A stretch of DNA of 50,252 bases from an uncultured Bacillota bacterium (GCA_947303895.1 CAMYZQ010000002.1:1-50252), one strand, 5' to 3'; shown: positions 34,476-44,203, counted from the first letter of the stretch. The notes: generated from the letters alone by a model not told the origin. Numbers and translations: made by a program.

Positions 34476-36922
34476 TAATCGCCAACCCTTAATAAACTTA
34501 AATTAGTCATAAATCCACTGCCAGATAGTATATCCTGTTCTCCAGTAACAACATATAAACCACTTGTTATATGCTTTTGTCCATAAAAGACTACATTTAT
34601 TTGAATATAATCCATAAGAGAAATTGGCTTTAATAATCCTCTCATAGTCAATTGAGCAGATATTGGAAATGTAGTCATCTGTGTCCACCAATTTTTTTGA
34701 ATCTCATTTAGTATATTAGAAGATCCAACTAAGTTCGGTGAATAAGTAATAGTTTTATTTCCTCGTGAATTTATTCCATAAAGATATTCACTTGAAACAG
34801 ATTCATGATCATATAACATAGACCATGCTTCATTATTATTTATCTTAAAATCATAAACATCATTACCATCAGGATACCCAACAGTTATTTCATAAATATT
34901 ATTAGTTAATACAGAAGCTTGATTAGCTGTTTTAACTTCATTTATCTTAAAATAGGAACCCTTCTCAGTATCATCTTGATAAACTATAAAATAAGTAGAA
35001 TTTCTAATAACATCTGATATTCCATTAGTATTATTACTCATACAGCCTACCAAATAATTAATATAAGATAAAGTATTTATATTAGGCTTAGCAGCTATAT
35101 TTAAAATACTATCGTTATCTGGAATAAGACCATTAGAATCTACCCATTGTTGATCTCTCATTCCAGGAAAAGCATTTAATAATAAATTTGAAGTTTCTAA
35201 ATTCTCATATAATAAACTTCTAATTATATTAGAAGGTTTATCCTGAGTAGCTTTAAAATTAAATTTTACACTGGTAACATAGTTACATGCTGATGTTGCA
35301 TAAACAGTATAAGAAATTCTTGAACTAGCATAATCTCTATTATTTACTATATTGGTAATTATTGCTTCAGTATCTTTAAATAAAGAACCACTTTCACAGT
35401 CTCCATATCTAATGGATATTTTATTATATCTAACTTTAGAAAATAATTTATCTAATAAATTAGGATCTTCTCCAGGCCTTATTTGATAAACAATACTTAT
35501 TGTATATTGATTTATTTCTCCATTTATCTTTTTTACATCTAATTGAGAAATATAATTAGGATAATCATCTAATGTACCTTTATAACTACCTATTATATAT
35601 CCACCAATATCTAATTCTACAAATGGAGCTTGTATAAGTGCTTTAGAAATATCTAAAGTTGATTTAACTTTTAAAATAGGAGCTTTCTCTACTGATTCAA
35701 AACTACCTTCTATTACAGGTTCAGGTATAGCACTTGTACTAGTAAGATCGTTAGGAAAACTAATTTTTGATATTTGATCTTTTATTTTTGTTGAAATATC
35801 TGATACAGCTTTCTGTGTCTCAGACATTCCAATTCCTTCTTCATAAACATAATGATAGTTATCAGAACTATATAATTTATTTATACGCTGATGCATATTG
35901 ACAGTTGCTTGAAGAATTTCTCCTTCGCCAGCACCTGACATTTTTTCATCCCATTCATGAGCATACTTTTTCCTTTTGTCAAACATAGGAACACCAGCAC
36001 GCTCAAAGGCTTTCTCAAACTCTACTGTCATCTCATCAAGAGTTAGAGATTCATTTTTTAATATACTATTAGCCTTTTTCTCAGAATGTTCTAATTCATA
36101 TACTAAATATGCTACTTGACCATCTACACTTTTCCAAGAACCAGAAGCAGAATGTTGAGCAGCATATGTCATCATTTTTTCTTTACGACCAAATGTCCAT
36201 TGACATAAACCTTCAGAACCATTACCATCATAAGAACCACCAGTATAAACTCTTATACCAGATTCTTGTTGCATATTTCCAAGTACTGCACAACATGCTT
36301 TATGTGAATACCCATATTTTTGTAATTCAAAATATACTTCAGCACCTGTACCGTATTTAGAAATATACCATTCTTTAGAATGACCAGAAGCAGAAGCCAC
36401 ACCTAAAGGATTTCCAAAATCAATTGGATTGTAAATAAACCCATTAAAATAAGAATTTAAATATCCTAACTTATAAGCCCCAGTTCCTTTCTTACCAGTT
36501 CCTGGCTTTAAAGTTTGATTCTTTAGTGGTCCGGAACTCCAACCTGATTGAGATATTTCAATACTACCATCAGCATTAACAGCTTCTACAAAGGCTACGT
36601 GACCAGGGTTACCTTCAGATTTACCATTATATCCCCAACAAGCAATCGCACCAGGCTTTGGAACTAAACCACCAGATAAACCCCTATTAGTCATTATCCT
36701 ATAAAATGAACAAGCATTACCTGCTCCATAAGTCCATTTTAAACCTTGACCAGCCACAGCCATAACTTCGAGAAATCTACCCCAGGCCCACCAAGTACAG
36801 TTGCCTCCTGTAGCAGAATTTATTTCAAAAGGATTTAAAGACCCCATAGAAGTATAGTACTTTAAACTTTTTACTTGACTATATTTAGTTGGTCCTACTC
36901 TTTTTGAAAACGTATAAGCCAT
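34475..36922 (-). CDS. Hub paralogue 1: CHAP domain plus phage tail lysozyme-like domain plus shared hub region (tail-associated lysin)
   Basis: CHAP motifs GGNCTWWAWGRF ... PGHVAFVEAV..GSIEISQSGW. Tail-lysozyme-type motif AVLGNMQQESG...GLCQWTFGRK. The shared C-terminus reads YPNYISQLDVKKINGEINQYTISIVYQIRPGEDPNLLDKLFSK ... GLYVVTGEQDILSGSGFMTNLSLLRV. Confidence 0.75.
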   Translation of the reverse strand: MAYTFSKRVGPTKYSQVKSLKYYTSMGSLNPFEINSATGGNCTWWAWGRFLEVMAVAGQGLKWTYGAGNACSFYRIMTNRGLSGGLVPKPGAIACWGYNGKSEGNPGHVAFVEAVNADGSIEISQSGWSSGPLKNQTLKPGTGKKGTGAYKLGYLNSYFNGFIYNPIDFGNPLGVASASGHSKEWYISKYGTGAEVYFELQKYGYSHKACCAVLGNMQQESGIRVYTGGSYDGNGSEGLCQWTFGRKEKMMTYAAQHSASGSWKSVDGQVAYLVYELEHSEKKANSILKNESLTLDEMTVEFEKAFERAGVPMFDKRKKYAHEWDEKMSGAGEGEILQATVNMHQRINKLYSSDNYHYVYEEGIGMSETQKAVSDISTKIKDQISKISFPNDLTSTSAIPEPVIEGSFESVEKAPILKVKSTLDISKALIQAPFVELDIGGYIIGSYKGTLDDYPNYISQLDVKKINGEINQYTISIVYQIRPGEDPNLLDKLFSKVRYNKISIRYGDCESGSLFKDTEAIITNIVNNRDYASSRISYTVYATSACNYVTSVKFNFKATQDKPSNIIRSLLYENLETSNLLLNAFPGMRDQQWVDSNGLIPDNDSILNIAAKPNINTLSYINYLVGCMSNNTNGISDVIRNSTYFIVYQDDTEKGSYFKINEVKTANQASVLTNNIYEITVGYPDGNDVYDFKINNNEAWSMLYDHESVSSEYLYGINSRGNKTITYSPNLVGSSNILNEIQKNWWTQMTTFPISAQLTMRGLLKPISLMDYIQINVVFYGQKHITSGLYVVTGEQDILSGSGFMTNLSLLRVGD

Positions 36923-36934
36923 TCATTATTATCT

Positions 36935-37486
36935 CTATATGTAATGTATGTTTAATTTATCTTGATCTATATCTTTATAGAATAAATGATTAATTGTCCA
37001 GTTTAATTTAGTAGTTTCATAATCATCTTTAGGTTTTGGTAAATAAATATCTGTTAATCTAGGATTATTAGAAAAAATAGCTCCTTTTAATTTTGGAACA
37101 GACTTAAAAGTAACTTTTCTTAAATTTTTGCAGCCTTTAAATACTGAACTTCCTATCTCTTCTAAAGAAGATGGAAAAGTAATTTCTTCTAAATCTTTGC
37201 AACCATAAAATGAAGCATACCCTACAGTTTTTATTCCTTCATTAATAGAAATATTTTTTTCTCCTATCTTTAAATTTGCAAAACACCATTCAGGAATACT
37301 TTTTTTAAAATAAGATAAAGGATTAGCTCCTCTACTTAAAAAGAATTGTGTAAAACTAGATAAATAGCCATTACCCCATTCATCTCTCATTTTTTCATAA
37401 AATGCATCTAAGTCATTTCTTTTAAGTAGCATTTTATTTTCTTTTAAAATTTTAATAGCCCAATTATTTAATTCTTCAGGTGTCAT
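36935..37486 (-). CDS. Leucine-rich repeat protein (BspA-type LRR_5)
   Basis: GYASFYGCKDLEEITFPSSLEEIGSSVFKGCKNLRKVTF is a typical BspA-like LRR signature. Confidence 0.55.
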   Translation of the reverse strand: MTPEELNNWAIKILKENKMLLKRNDLDAFYEKMRDEWGNGYLSSFTQFFLSRGANPLSYFKKSIPEWCFANLKIGEKNISINEGIKTVGYASFYGCKDLEEITFPSSLEEIGSSVFKGCKNLRKVTFKSVPKLKGAIFSNNPRLTDIYLPKPKDDYETTKLNWTINHLFYKDIDQDKLNIHYI

Positions 37487-37812
37487 TTCTCAAATTCCAA
37501 TCCAGCATTTAGTGATGGCAAATCTAAAATAGTTCCAGGTTTCGGATTAACAAAAGGATTTGTTATTCTATTATAATCGCATATGATCCAGTAATATGTA
37601 GGATTATTATAAAATTCTAACGCAATAGTATCCCAAGTATCTTTTTCTTTTACTGTATAAGAAGTAACCTTAGAAAGGTCTACAAATTCTTTCAGCCAAT
37701 GTCTTGTTTCTAATTGATACTTATCATCTAAATGATTATAATAATAAAATAATCCATTATATCTGGAATAATAATTACTAGTTTTAGCAGTTTTACTTGT
37801 TAATACATTCAT
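37483..37812 (-). CDS. LysM-like tail protein (P2 gpX / XkdP-like)
   Basis: YTVKEKDTWDTIALEFYNNPTYYWIICDYNRITNPF..PGTILDLP is a LysM-like pattern. The gene lies between the tape measure and the hub. Confidence 0.55.
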   Translation of the reverse strand: MNVLTSKTAKTSNYYSRYNGLFYYYNHLDDKYQLETRHWLKEFVDLSKVTSYTVKEKDTWDTIALEFYNNPTYYWIICDYNRITNPFVNPKPGTILDLPSLNAGLEFEK

Positions 37813-38459
37813 ACTAATGTACCTCCTAATAATCCATTACCACTAGTTCCAGTAGCACTAGATCCTACTGAATCAGATATTCCAGAAGTTTGTCTATATT
37901 TTCCACCTACTTTAGGTAATATGCTAGCACTATAAGGAGTTATTTCATTTACTCCAAAAGATATTGTGACCATAGCATATTTATAAACTGCTTTTTCTGC
38001 AGTACCATAATTAATTAAAGGTAAATTATAAGTTACGCCTACACTTCCAGTTACTACACCTTTAATATAAATTTCATCTCTTATCTTTAAAGAGACTAAA
38101 GGTGGATTAACAATTTTATTAGCTGAATCATAGTCTGGAAGAACTATAGCATCAAGCCAAGTAACTAATGCATCTACAGGATCTTCACCATTTTCAGTTT
38201 TTAGCTCAGGATTTAATTCTCTAACTAAATCTCTATGTAGGGTGAAAGTAACCTGTACACTTCTTGGTCCTGAATTTTGATATGAATATATAGGAGCACT
38301 TCTACTTAATGGAGTATTCTCTGCAAATGACACTGACATATTATCTGAAATTGCATCAGGGTCAACAGGAATTAAAAATGTCTTATTAATATGATGCAAT
38401 ATTATATAATTTTCAGTAGGTATTCCTAAATTTGATCTTTTTCTTACTTTTATAGCCAT
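37809..38459 (-). CDS. Putative tube-like / tube-initiator baseplate protein
   Basis: FLIPVDPDAISDNMSVSFAENTPLSRSAPIYSYQNSGPRSVQVTFTLHRD follows the 'F.vNPe.i......w.......g.....y.g...r.l.l.l' pattern of contractile-system tube-family proteins. Position supports the call. Confidence 0.3.
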   Translation of the reverse strand: MAIKVRKRSNLGIPTENYIILHHINKTFLIPVDPDAISDNMSVSFAENTPLSRSAPIYSYQNSGPRSVQVTFTLHRDLVRELNPELKTENGEDPVDALVTWLDAIVLPDYDSANKIVNPPLVSLKIRDEIYIKGVVTGSVGVTYNLPLINYGTAEKAVYKYAMVTISFGVNEITPYSASILPKVGGKYRQTSGISDSVGSSATGTSGNGLLGGTLV

Positions 38460-38462
38460 TTA

Positions 38463-40802
38463 TTAATTCCCATATGGATAATCATTTATGTACGAATCAC
38501 TATTTCTAGTAGTATTAATAACCTGCTCTAAGTTTTTAGTCACATACCCTAAATTATCTGTAACAACTATATTATTATAATATCTTCCAACATCGCTCAC
38601 TAATTTTCTATACTGTGCATACCAGTAATTAGCATAATGATCAACATTAACGTTATATTCAAGCACTTTATCTATAGCAAGAAGTAATCTATCCATGTTA
38701 TTATTTATACTATCTAAATTATTAATAGCATTCCATAATAAGAACTCTATTAATGTGTCTGAAAATGGAACTGGAATACTTGACGGCATCTCCATCAATT
38801 TTAAATTAGATGTGTACAAATAATCTACTAATACTGTAGGAAGCATTTCTACTTCTGAATCATCTAATATTTTTTCTGACTGAGTATTTAAATAATTACC
38901 TTCTAATATTACTATACTCGATTCATACGATTTAGGTACTTGAATTAAAAGATATAAATTATCTTCTAAATAATCATATAAAGCACAATTCTCCTCAGTA
39001 ATATCATAAATATATTCTGCTTTAGTTTCTAAATCATGACTTGCATAATATTTTTTACCAGTAATCATATAAATATCTGAAGTAGGAACAAGCTCATCTT
39101 CATCGTTCTTTTCTTGCCAAGTAAATAACTCTTTTTGAATTTTTATAGCATATGTATTATTCATATTAAATTCTGCTACTGGAGTAAGCTGTTTAAATTC
39201 TCCATCTTCTAATAAATAATATAGAGTAGGATTATCTTGGAAACCTATAGCAGTATAAAAATCTGTAGTATTTAATAAGAAATAATATTCTTTTGAAGTT
39301 ATATATTTTTCATTAGAAAATACATAATATGTTGTTGAACTATCATATACGGAACTATTTGTACATTGAATATAATTATCACCTACTTTTGTATAATAAA
39401 AAGTTTTATTTCTATTAAATTCATAAGGATCTAACACATAATCCCATACTTCAAATACTCCATTTTCTCTTATATAATAAGTTTCATTTTTATCATATAC
39501 TGAATATTCATCACATTGTTTCCATAAACAAACTGTTTGATATTCAGGAGAATCATATTCTCTAATTCTATTAGTATCTAATGTTAAAGTTCCATCTTCA
39601 TAAAGAGCAGTAAAATCCTCTTCATCCATAAACAATGATAAACCTTCAACCCATGTTTCTACATCAGTATAAAATGTTCTATCTTCACTCCAGAAATATC
39701 TTTTAGAAAATTGGAAAGTAGAATCTATTCTTCCTGTATCAGGCTCAACACCAACATAAAGAACTGTACTTCCAGCAGTTTCTGGTGTTAAATTAGTAGG
39801 TAAATACGTATTTCCAGATATATTATTTTCTAAAGTAAAATATACTATATTAACATTAAAATTATCAGACTGAGTGCACCGTGTCATTATACCATTATCA
39901 TTATAATAATAATGAGTAGGATCTTCGGCATATACTTCTGAAGTAAGATCTTCAGCAACTATATAATTTCCACTATTTTTTATATAGTACATCATTCTTG
40001 GAAGCATAGATGAAGTATTTAATTGATAATAAATATCATTATGAAGATAATCTACTTCTTTTAAACTCTTCTCAAAATATGTAACGTGTTTTGTTTCAGG
40101 CACATTATTATATCTTAATATAAAAGGTGCTTTAAATCTTGAATTAGCTACATGTTGAATAACATTGGTTCTATGAAGTCTAATATATTTATTAGTAGCA
40201 TCCACATTATTTCCAAATCTTGTATTGTTTAGCAATACAAGATTATTATTTTTGATAAATGCTGGAGCAAATGTAGTTACTCCTAAATTATCCATACATA
40301 TAGTATAATCAGTATTAAATCTAATAGGTACTTTATAGATTTTAGTATTATAATCAGCTGCTGTTCTTTCTACTTTGGTATTAGAAATGTGATGTGCTTG
40401 AAGAACCTGATTACTAAAGCAATTATATAATGGCATAAGATTTAAATCATACATATCTCTAAGACTTCTTAAATATTTTCCAAGCCTCTCATGAGTTATT
40501 GAATCATAACCTTCTGAATTAGATATGTAATTTGTACAAAGCTTATCATTCTTCTCACCAAAATAATATTCTGTTATTACTTTATAAGCAGCTCTTTCTC
40601 CATCAAAACTTATATTCTTATAACCAGTTACTAAATATCCACTTTTGGTACATTTTATTACTTCACATTTATAAACATAGAGTCTATCTTTAATAATAAA
40701 GTCAAAATCTCTTACTGTTCTAATTAGAGGTAAATAAGTACTGATTAAAAGATTTTTTATAAAATTTGAAGTTGTAGTAACTTTATTAAATTCTTGTGCC
40801 AT
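38463..40802 (-). CDS. Large (779 aa) tail/baseplate protein of unknown function with Tyr-rich beta-hairpin-like repeats
   Basis: The gene lies immediately downstream of the tape measure. Motifs of the type KTFYYTKVGDNYIQCTNSSVYDSSTTYYVF and NPTLYYLLEDGEFKQLT recur across aa ~262-590. Confidence 0.5.
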   Translation of the reverse strand: MAQEFNKVTTTSNFIKNLLISTYLPLIRTVRDFDFIIKDRLYVYKCEVIKCTKSGYLVTGYKNISFDGERAAYKVITEYYFGEKNDKLCTNYISNSEGYDSITHERLGKYLRSLRDMYDLNLMPLYNCFSNQVLQAHHISNTKVERTAADYNTKIYKVPIRFNTDYTICMDNLGVTTFAPAFIKNNNLVLLNNTRFGNNVDATNKYIRLHRTNVIQHVANSRFKAPFILRYNNVPETKHVTYFEKSLKEVDYLHNDIYYQLNTSSMLPRMMYYIKNSGNYIVAEDLTSEVYAEDPTHYYYNDNGIMTRCTQSDNFNVNIVYFTLENNISGNTYLPTNLTPETAGSTVLYVGVEPDTGRIDSTFQFSKRYFWSEDRTFYTDVETWVEGLSLFMDEEDFTALYEDGTLTLDTNRIREYDSPEYQTVCLWKQCDEYSVYDKNETYYIRENGVFEVWDYVLDPYEFNRNKTFYYTKVGDNYIQCTNSSVYDSSTTYYVFSNEKYITSKEYYFLLNTTDFYTAIGFQDNPTLYYLLEDGEFKQLTPVAEFNMNNTYAIKIQKELFTWQEKNDEDELVPTSDIYMITGKKYYASHDLETKAEYIYDITEENCALYDYLEDNLYLLIQVPKSYESSIVILEGNYLNTQSEKILDDSEVEMLPTVLVDYLYTSNLKLMEMPSSIPVPFSDTLIEFLLWNAINNLDSINNNMDRLLLAIDKVLEYNVNVDHYANYWYAQYRKLVSDVGRYYNNIVVTDNLGYVTKNLEQVINTTRNSDSYINDYPYGN

Positions 40803-40821
40803 TATTTTTCCTAATAGTTAA

Positions 40822-43224
40822 TTATGCTTGAACTGTATTTTCACCAGCAGGTACTGCTTCAGTTGAATTAGAAGTAGTATCGTCAAAGTAATCGAATAAA
40901 GCTTTATTAAGTACATTATTATCACCAGTAAATGTTGCGAGCATTGCATCTTCATCAGCAAATATACTAGCAAATGATCTGAGTACTTCGTTATTCATAC
41001 CTTCAACAGAAACAGCAAATGCATAACCATTTCCTTCTTTAAGCTTCATTAAAGTTTTAGATAATTCTTTTAGTATACCTAAAACCTCATCTTCTTCTTC
41101 CTTTCCCCAATCAGAAACTGAGGCTTGAGAAGTTTCAATTGTTGAAGCCATAGTTGTTTTAAATGTTTTAAATCCTGAATTAGTGCTAGCTCCAGTAGTA
41201 GAATAATATCCTGAGCCTTCTGAACCGCCTTGTAACGGACCAAGTAATCCAAGTAATGAATCATTACTAAAACTACTAATATTACCTAACATATTTATCA
41301 TGCTTATTCCACCTATTCCAAATTGTGTAATAGCTGGAACTAGTTTAGCAGCATTAAGAGCCTTACCTAAAACTCCACCTGCTTGACTAAAAGTATCTAA
41401 AATATCATAAGTAATATCTGCTATTCTATATACTGAATACATTGTATCATTATTAGCTACATTTGAACCAAATGAATAACTAAAGTTTTTAAATAAGTTA
41501 TCCCATTTCTCTGATACGAATGTATTCTCTGCAACTTTATTTGCAACGGCATCTAAAGTGAGTGATTGTGCTTGACTTGAATTTATAGCTTGAATAGAAC
41601 TCATCTTACTATACACATTTTGTATAGCCTGCATATCAGAAACACTTAAGTTAAATAAGTTTGAATAAGATGATTTTAATACTAAATTATCCTCAGTATT
41701 TCCTGCTATCTCATTTAATAATTCAACTACTGCTGATAATAATTTATGAGTATCTTCAGAACTTAAACCTTGTTGAAGAATATCTGCATAATCCATTCCT
41801 ATTCTATCCATAGAAAGTAGGAATAATCTTTGCATACTTTCATCATTAGCTAAAGCTGATACATTACCAGAACCTAAAGCATTAATACCAGAAGCTATTG
41901 AGCTAACTACATTATCACTTAAACCAGAAGCGTACATAGCTCCTAACCAAGTTTGTACTGTTGAATTAAAGTTAGTTATATCACCTTTAGTTACGACGCT
42001 GGAATCAAGAATAGCAGAAGTTACACTATCAAACATTCCTTGAAGATAACTTGCATCCCCAAATAATCTTGAATTTAATAATCTCTTTAACTGTAATTCT
42101 ACGCCAAATTGATTAATAGAATTTTGTTCACCTAAACGTACTAATCTAGTTAATCCGGCATTTGCTACATCAAATGAAGTAAGAGTTTTATCTTTTATAG
42201 TTTGAAGTAATGCTCTCTGCTCTACGTCTGTAACAAGACCTTGACTAGTTAAATCTGCAATTTTATTTAAATAATCAGTTTGTTTTACTAATCTGCTAAA
42301 GCCTAAAGATTCTTCAACGTCTTCAGCTATCTTATAATAGTCAATTCCAGAACCTTCAAGACCTGCTTGTATTCTACCATAGTAACTTTCTATAGTAGAA
42401 GCTGCTTGATTTATAGACTGTGTCATGCTTTGACGTAAAGCATTTAAGCCTTGACTTATAAGCTTTACTGTAGCACCAACATCAACTAAAGTAGAAACTC
42501 CTTTAAGTGTAGTAGTTGAAATTCCTTCTACTGCTCCTTCTAGAGGATCTAAGTCAGGAAAAGCATCAGATAATAAATCAATAGCATTACCTGCTCCTGT
42601 TTTATTTCCTACAAGAGAAAGTAAAGAACCACCAATACTTTTTTCACCACCTAAACCTGATAATATGTCTTCAGCTAACTTAGAAGGTTTGAGTTCTGTA
42701 GGATCTTTGCCTGATTCTTTTCTTTTACTAGCTATTTTCTTGTCAATTTCTTCTAATTCTTTTTTCTTTTGTCCATAGGATAAATCATTATTTCGAAGAA
42801 TTGCTTTTTTCTCATCTTCTAAAAGAGCAATACTTTTTTCAAATTCTTTATTTGCTGCTTCTTCTAATTCTTTCTTCTCTTTTAAAGCTTCAGCTTCTTT
42901 CTTAGCAGCTTCTAAAGAAATTTTATGAGTACTTTCTACAGATTTTTTAAGCTTTTCAAATCTATCTTCTTCAAGCTTTGCAGTACTTTCTATCTTAACT
43001 CTTTCTTCTTTTAATTCTTTTAAATACTTAGCTTCTTCTTCTGATAACTTAGTACCTTTTTCTTGAAGAGTCCTAATTCTAGTTTCAACTTCTTCTTGTT
43101 GTCTACGTATCTTAAGAAGCTCTTTTTCCTTTTCAAGAGCATTACTGATAGCTTTTTCTCTTTCAATTTGTTGTCTTAAGACACCATTTGGACTTTTTTC
43201 TTCAAAGTTGTCTCTAGTACTCAT
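40822..43224 (-). CDS. Tail tape measure protein
   Basis: 800 aa. The N-terminal ~180 aa is E/K-rich coiled coil. A long Gly/Ala/Ser/Leu-rich helical body follows. Position after the chaperone pair supports the call. Confidence 0.8.
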   Translation of the reverse strand: MSTRDNFEEKSPNGVLRQQIEREKAISNALEKEKELLKIRRQQEEVETRIRTLQEKGTKLSEEEAKYLKELKEERVKIESTAKLEEDRFEKLKKSVESTHKISLEAAKKEAEALKEKKELEEAANKEFEKSIALLEDEKKAILRNNDLSYGQKKKELEEIDKKIASKRKESGKDPTELKPSKLAEDILSGLGGEKSIGGSLLSLVGNKTGAGNAIDLLSDAFPDLDPLEGAVEGISTTTLKGVSTLVDVGATVKLISQGLNALRQSMTQSINQAASTIESYYGRIQAGLEGSGIDYYKIAEDVEESLGFSRLVKQTDYLNKIADLTSQGLVTDVEQRALLQTIKDKTLTSFDVANAGLTRLVRLGEQNSINQFGVELQLKRLLNSRLFGDASYLQGMFDSVTSAILDSSVVTKGDITNFNSTVQTWLGAMYASGLSDNVVSSIASGINALGSGNVSALANDESMQRLFLLSMDRIGMDYADILQQGLSSEDTHKLLSAVVELLNEIAGNTEDNLVLKSSYSNLFNLSVSDMQAIQNVYSKMSSIQAINSSQAQSLTLDAVANKVAENTFVSEKWDNLFKNFSYSFGSNVANNDTMYSVYRIADITYDILDTFSQAGGVLGKALNAAKLVPAITQFGIGGISMINMLGNISSFSNDSLLGLLGPLQGGSEGSGYYSTTGASTNSGFKTFKTTMASTIETSQASVSDWGKEEEDEVLGILKELSKTLMKLKEGNGYAFAVSVEGMNNEVLRSFASIFADEDAMLATFTGDNNVLNKALFDYFDDTTSNSTEAVPAGENTVQA

Positions 43225-43499
43225 TAACCACTAACCTTATTTTTGGCAGCATCCATAATACGTTTCTGCTCTTCTAAATCTTTTAATATAAGCTTTAATA
43301 AAGCTCTTCTTTCTATAGCTGTAATATTATCTAATTCAGTAAATGATGTATGAATTCTTTTTGATATTTGATATTTTTCTTGAATGATGTTATTCATCAT
43401 TACAGTTTTAAATTCAGGATCATCAATTACGAGGTCTAAAAAATGTTTGGTTGATATAAAAGGGAAGAAGGTATTCTGTACCACAAACTTTACACTCAC
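43224..43499 (-). CDS. Probable frameshift extension of the upstream chaperone gene (G-T type), not an independent gene
   Basis: The track start is GTG with no convincing RBS. The ORF overlaps the end of 43423..44175 by 77 nt in the +1 frame and ends in a TAATG overlap with the tape measure start. Confidence 0.45.
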   Translation of the reverse strand: MSVKFVVQNTFFPFISTKHFLDLVIDDPEFKTVMMNNIIQEKYQISKRIHTSFTELDNITAIERRALLKLILKDLEEQKRIMDAAKNKVSG

Positions 43500-44175
43500 T
43501 TTCTACATTTAAATCAACACCTATAACACTATTTATTAAATCAATTCTATTAATTAAAGCATTTGTATCAGCGAGAGGAAGATCTTTTATCCACTCTTCT
43601 AATGAAAATGTTGTCATCTGTTCATCATCTACTTCTTCTATTGAAGCAAGTATAGTATATAGAATTGTTGGATTTTCTTCAGAATCTTTATGTCTTCTTC
43701 TATATTCTTTAATCTTTGTATTAATTCTATCAAGCATTCTTGGAGTCTGAAGAGTTAATTTTACTTTACTTCCTGTCTTAGGTAATGTTAACTCCATTAA
43801 ATCAACAAGTGACTCATCGTACAGTTTCACTGGAAGCTCGTCTAAAAGAACTTTATTTGTCTGATTAAATCCACAATAAGGACATTTACCAGCCATTTCA
43901 TATTCATTACCAAAAGTTACTACTCTTAGCATAAATAAAAGATATTGAAAATCACCAAGACATAAATCATATGCAGAAATACCAAGATCTGATTCAATAC
44001 AATCATCAATGATTTGAGCCATAATTTTTTGACTATCTTCAGTAGACGATAATCTTAACATTTCATGTCTTGTAGTCATACTACTTAAAACAACTTCTGG
44101 ATTAACTTGTTCTTCGTATACCATTCCCTGAGAAGGTAAAGTAAAAGTTTCAACAATTCGCATATTGTCTGACAT
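43423..44175 (-). CDS. Tail assembly chaperone / T4 gp26-like hub assembly protein with zinc ribbon
   Basis: The gene lies between tube and tape measure. The N-terminal FTLPSQGMVY...MTTRHEMLRL is reminiscent of the 'LPS.G...(m)..dE..L' signature I recall for gp26-family proteins. CPYCGF...CKVCGTEY forms a zinc ribbon. Confidence 0.45.
   Translation of the reverse strand: MSDNMRIVETFTLPSQGMVYEEQVNPEVVLSSMTTRHEMLRLSSTEDSQKIMAQIIDDCIESDLGISAYDLCLGDFQYLLFMLRVVTFGNEYEMAGKCPYCGFNQTNKVLLDELPVKLYDESLVDLMELTLPKTGSKVKLTLQTPRMLDRINTKIKEYRRRHKDSEENPTILYTILASIEEVDDEQMTTFSLEEWIKDLPLADTNALINRIDLINSVIGVDLNVESECKVCGTEYLLPFYINQTFFRPRN
43438..43443 (-). other. Candidate ribosomal slip site (T6 run) linking 43423..44175 to 43224..43499
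   Basis: The minus strand reads ACA TTT TTT AGA in frame 0 and CAT TTT TTA GAC in the downstream frame. tRNA-Phe can re-pair +1 (or -2) on the T6 run. Confidence 0.35.
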
Positions 44176-44203
44176 TAATAATTATCTCCTTTGTTAGTTA
44201 TGC

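Noticed and set aside
34503-34691. 62-aa minus-strand ORF nested out of frame in hub paralogue 1, and similarly 41079..41264 nested in the tape measure gene.
   Set aside because: Both are fully embedded in well-supported larger genes in another frame. They have no RBS and implausible composition.
3003-36360. All plus-strand ORFs in the track (3003..3197, 3596..3829, 4951..5157, 5533..5766, 8298..8561, 11083..11331, 11608..11796, 13838..14077, 17488..17694, 22970..23254, 24196..24429, 30287..30637, 33336..33527, 36109..36360).
   Set aside because: Each is 62-116 aa and lies antisense within a long, motif-bearing minus-strand gene. They have low-complexity Leu/Ile/Ser/Phe-rich translations and no RBS that I could see. 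These are typical shadow ORFs in AT-rich DNA.
43224-43499. Treating 43224..43499 as an independent 91-aa gene.
   Set aside because: The ORF starts at GTG without a Shine-Dalgarno sequence and overlaps the upstream ORF by 77 nt. It lies where G-T type frameshift extensions occur. I report it as a probable frameshift product instead.
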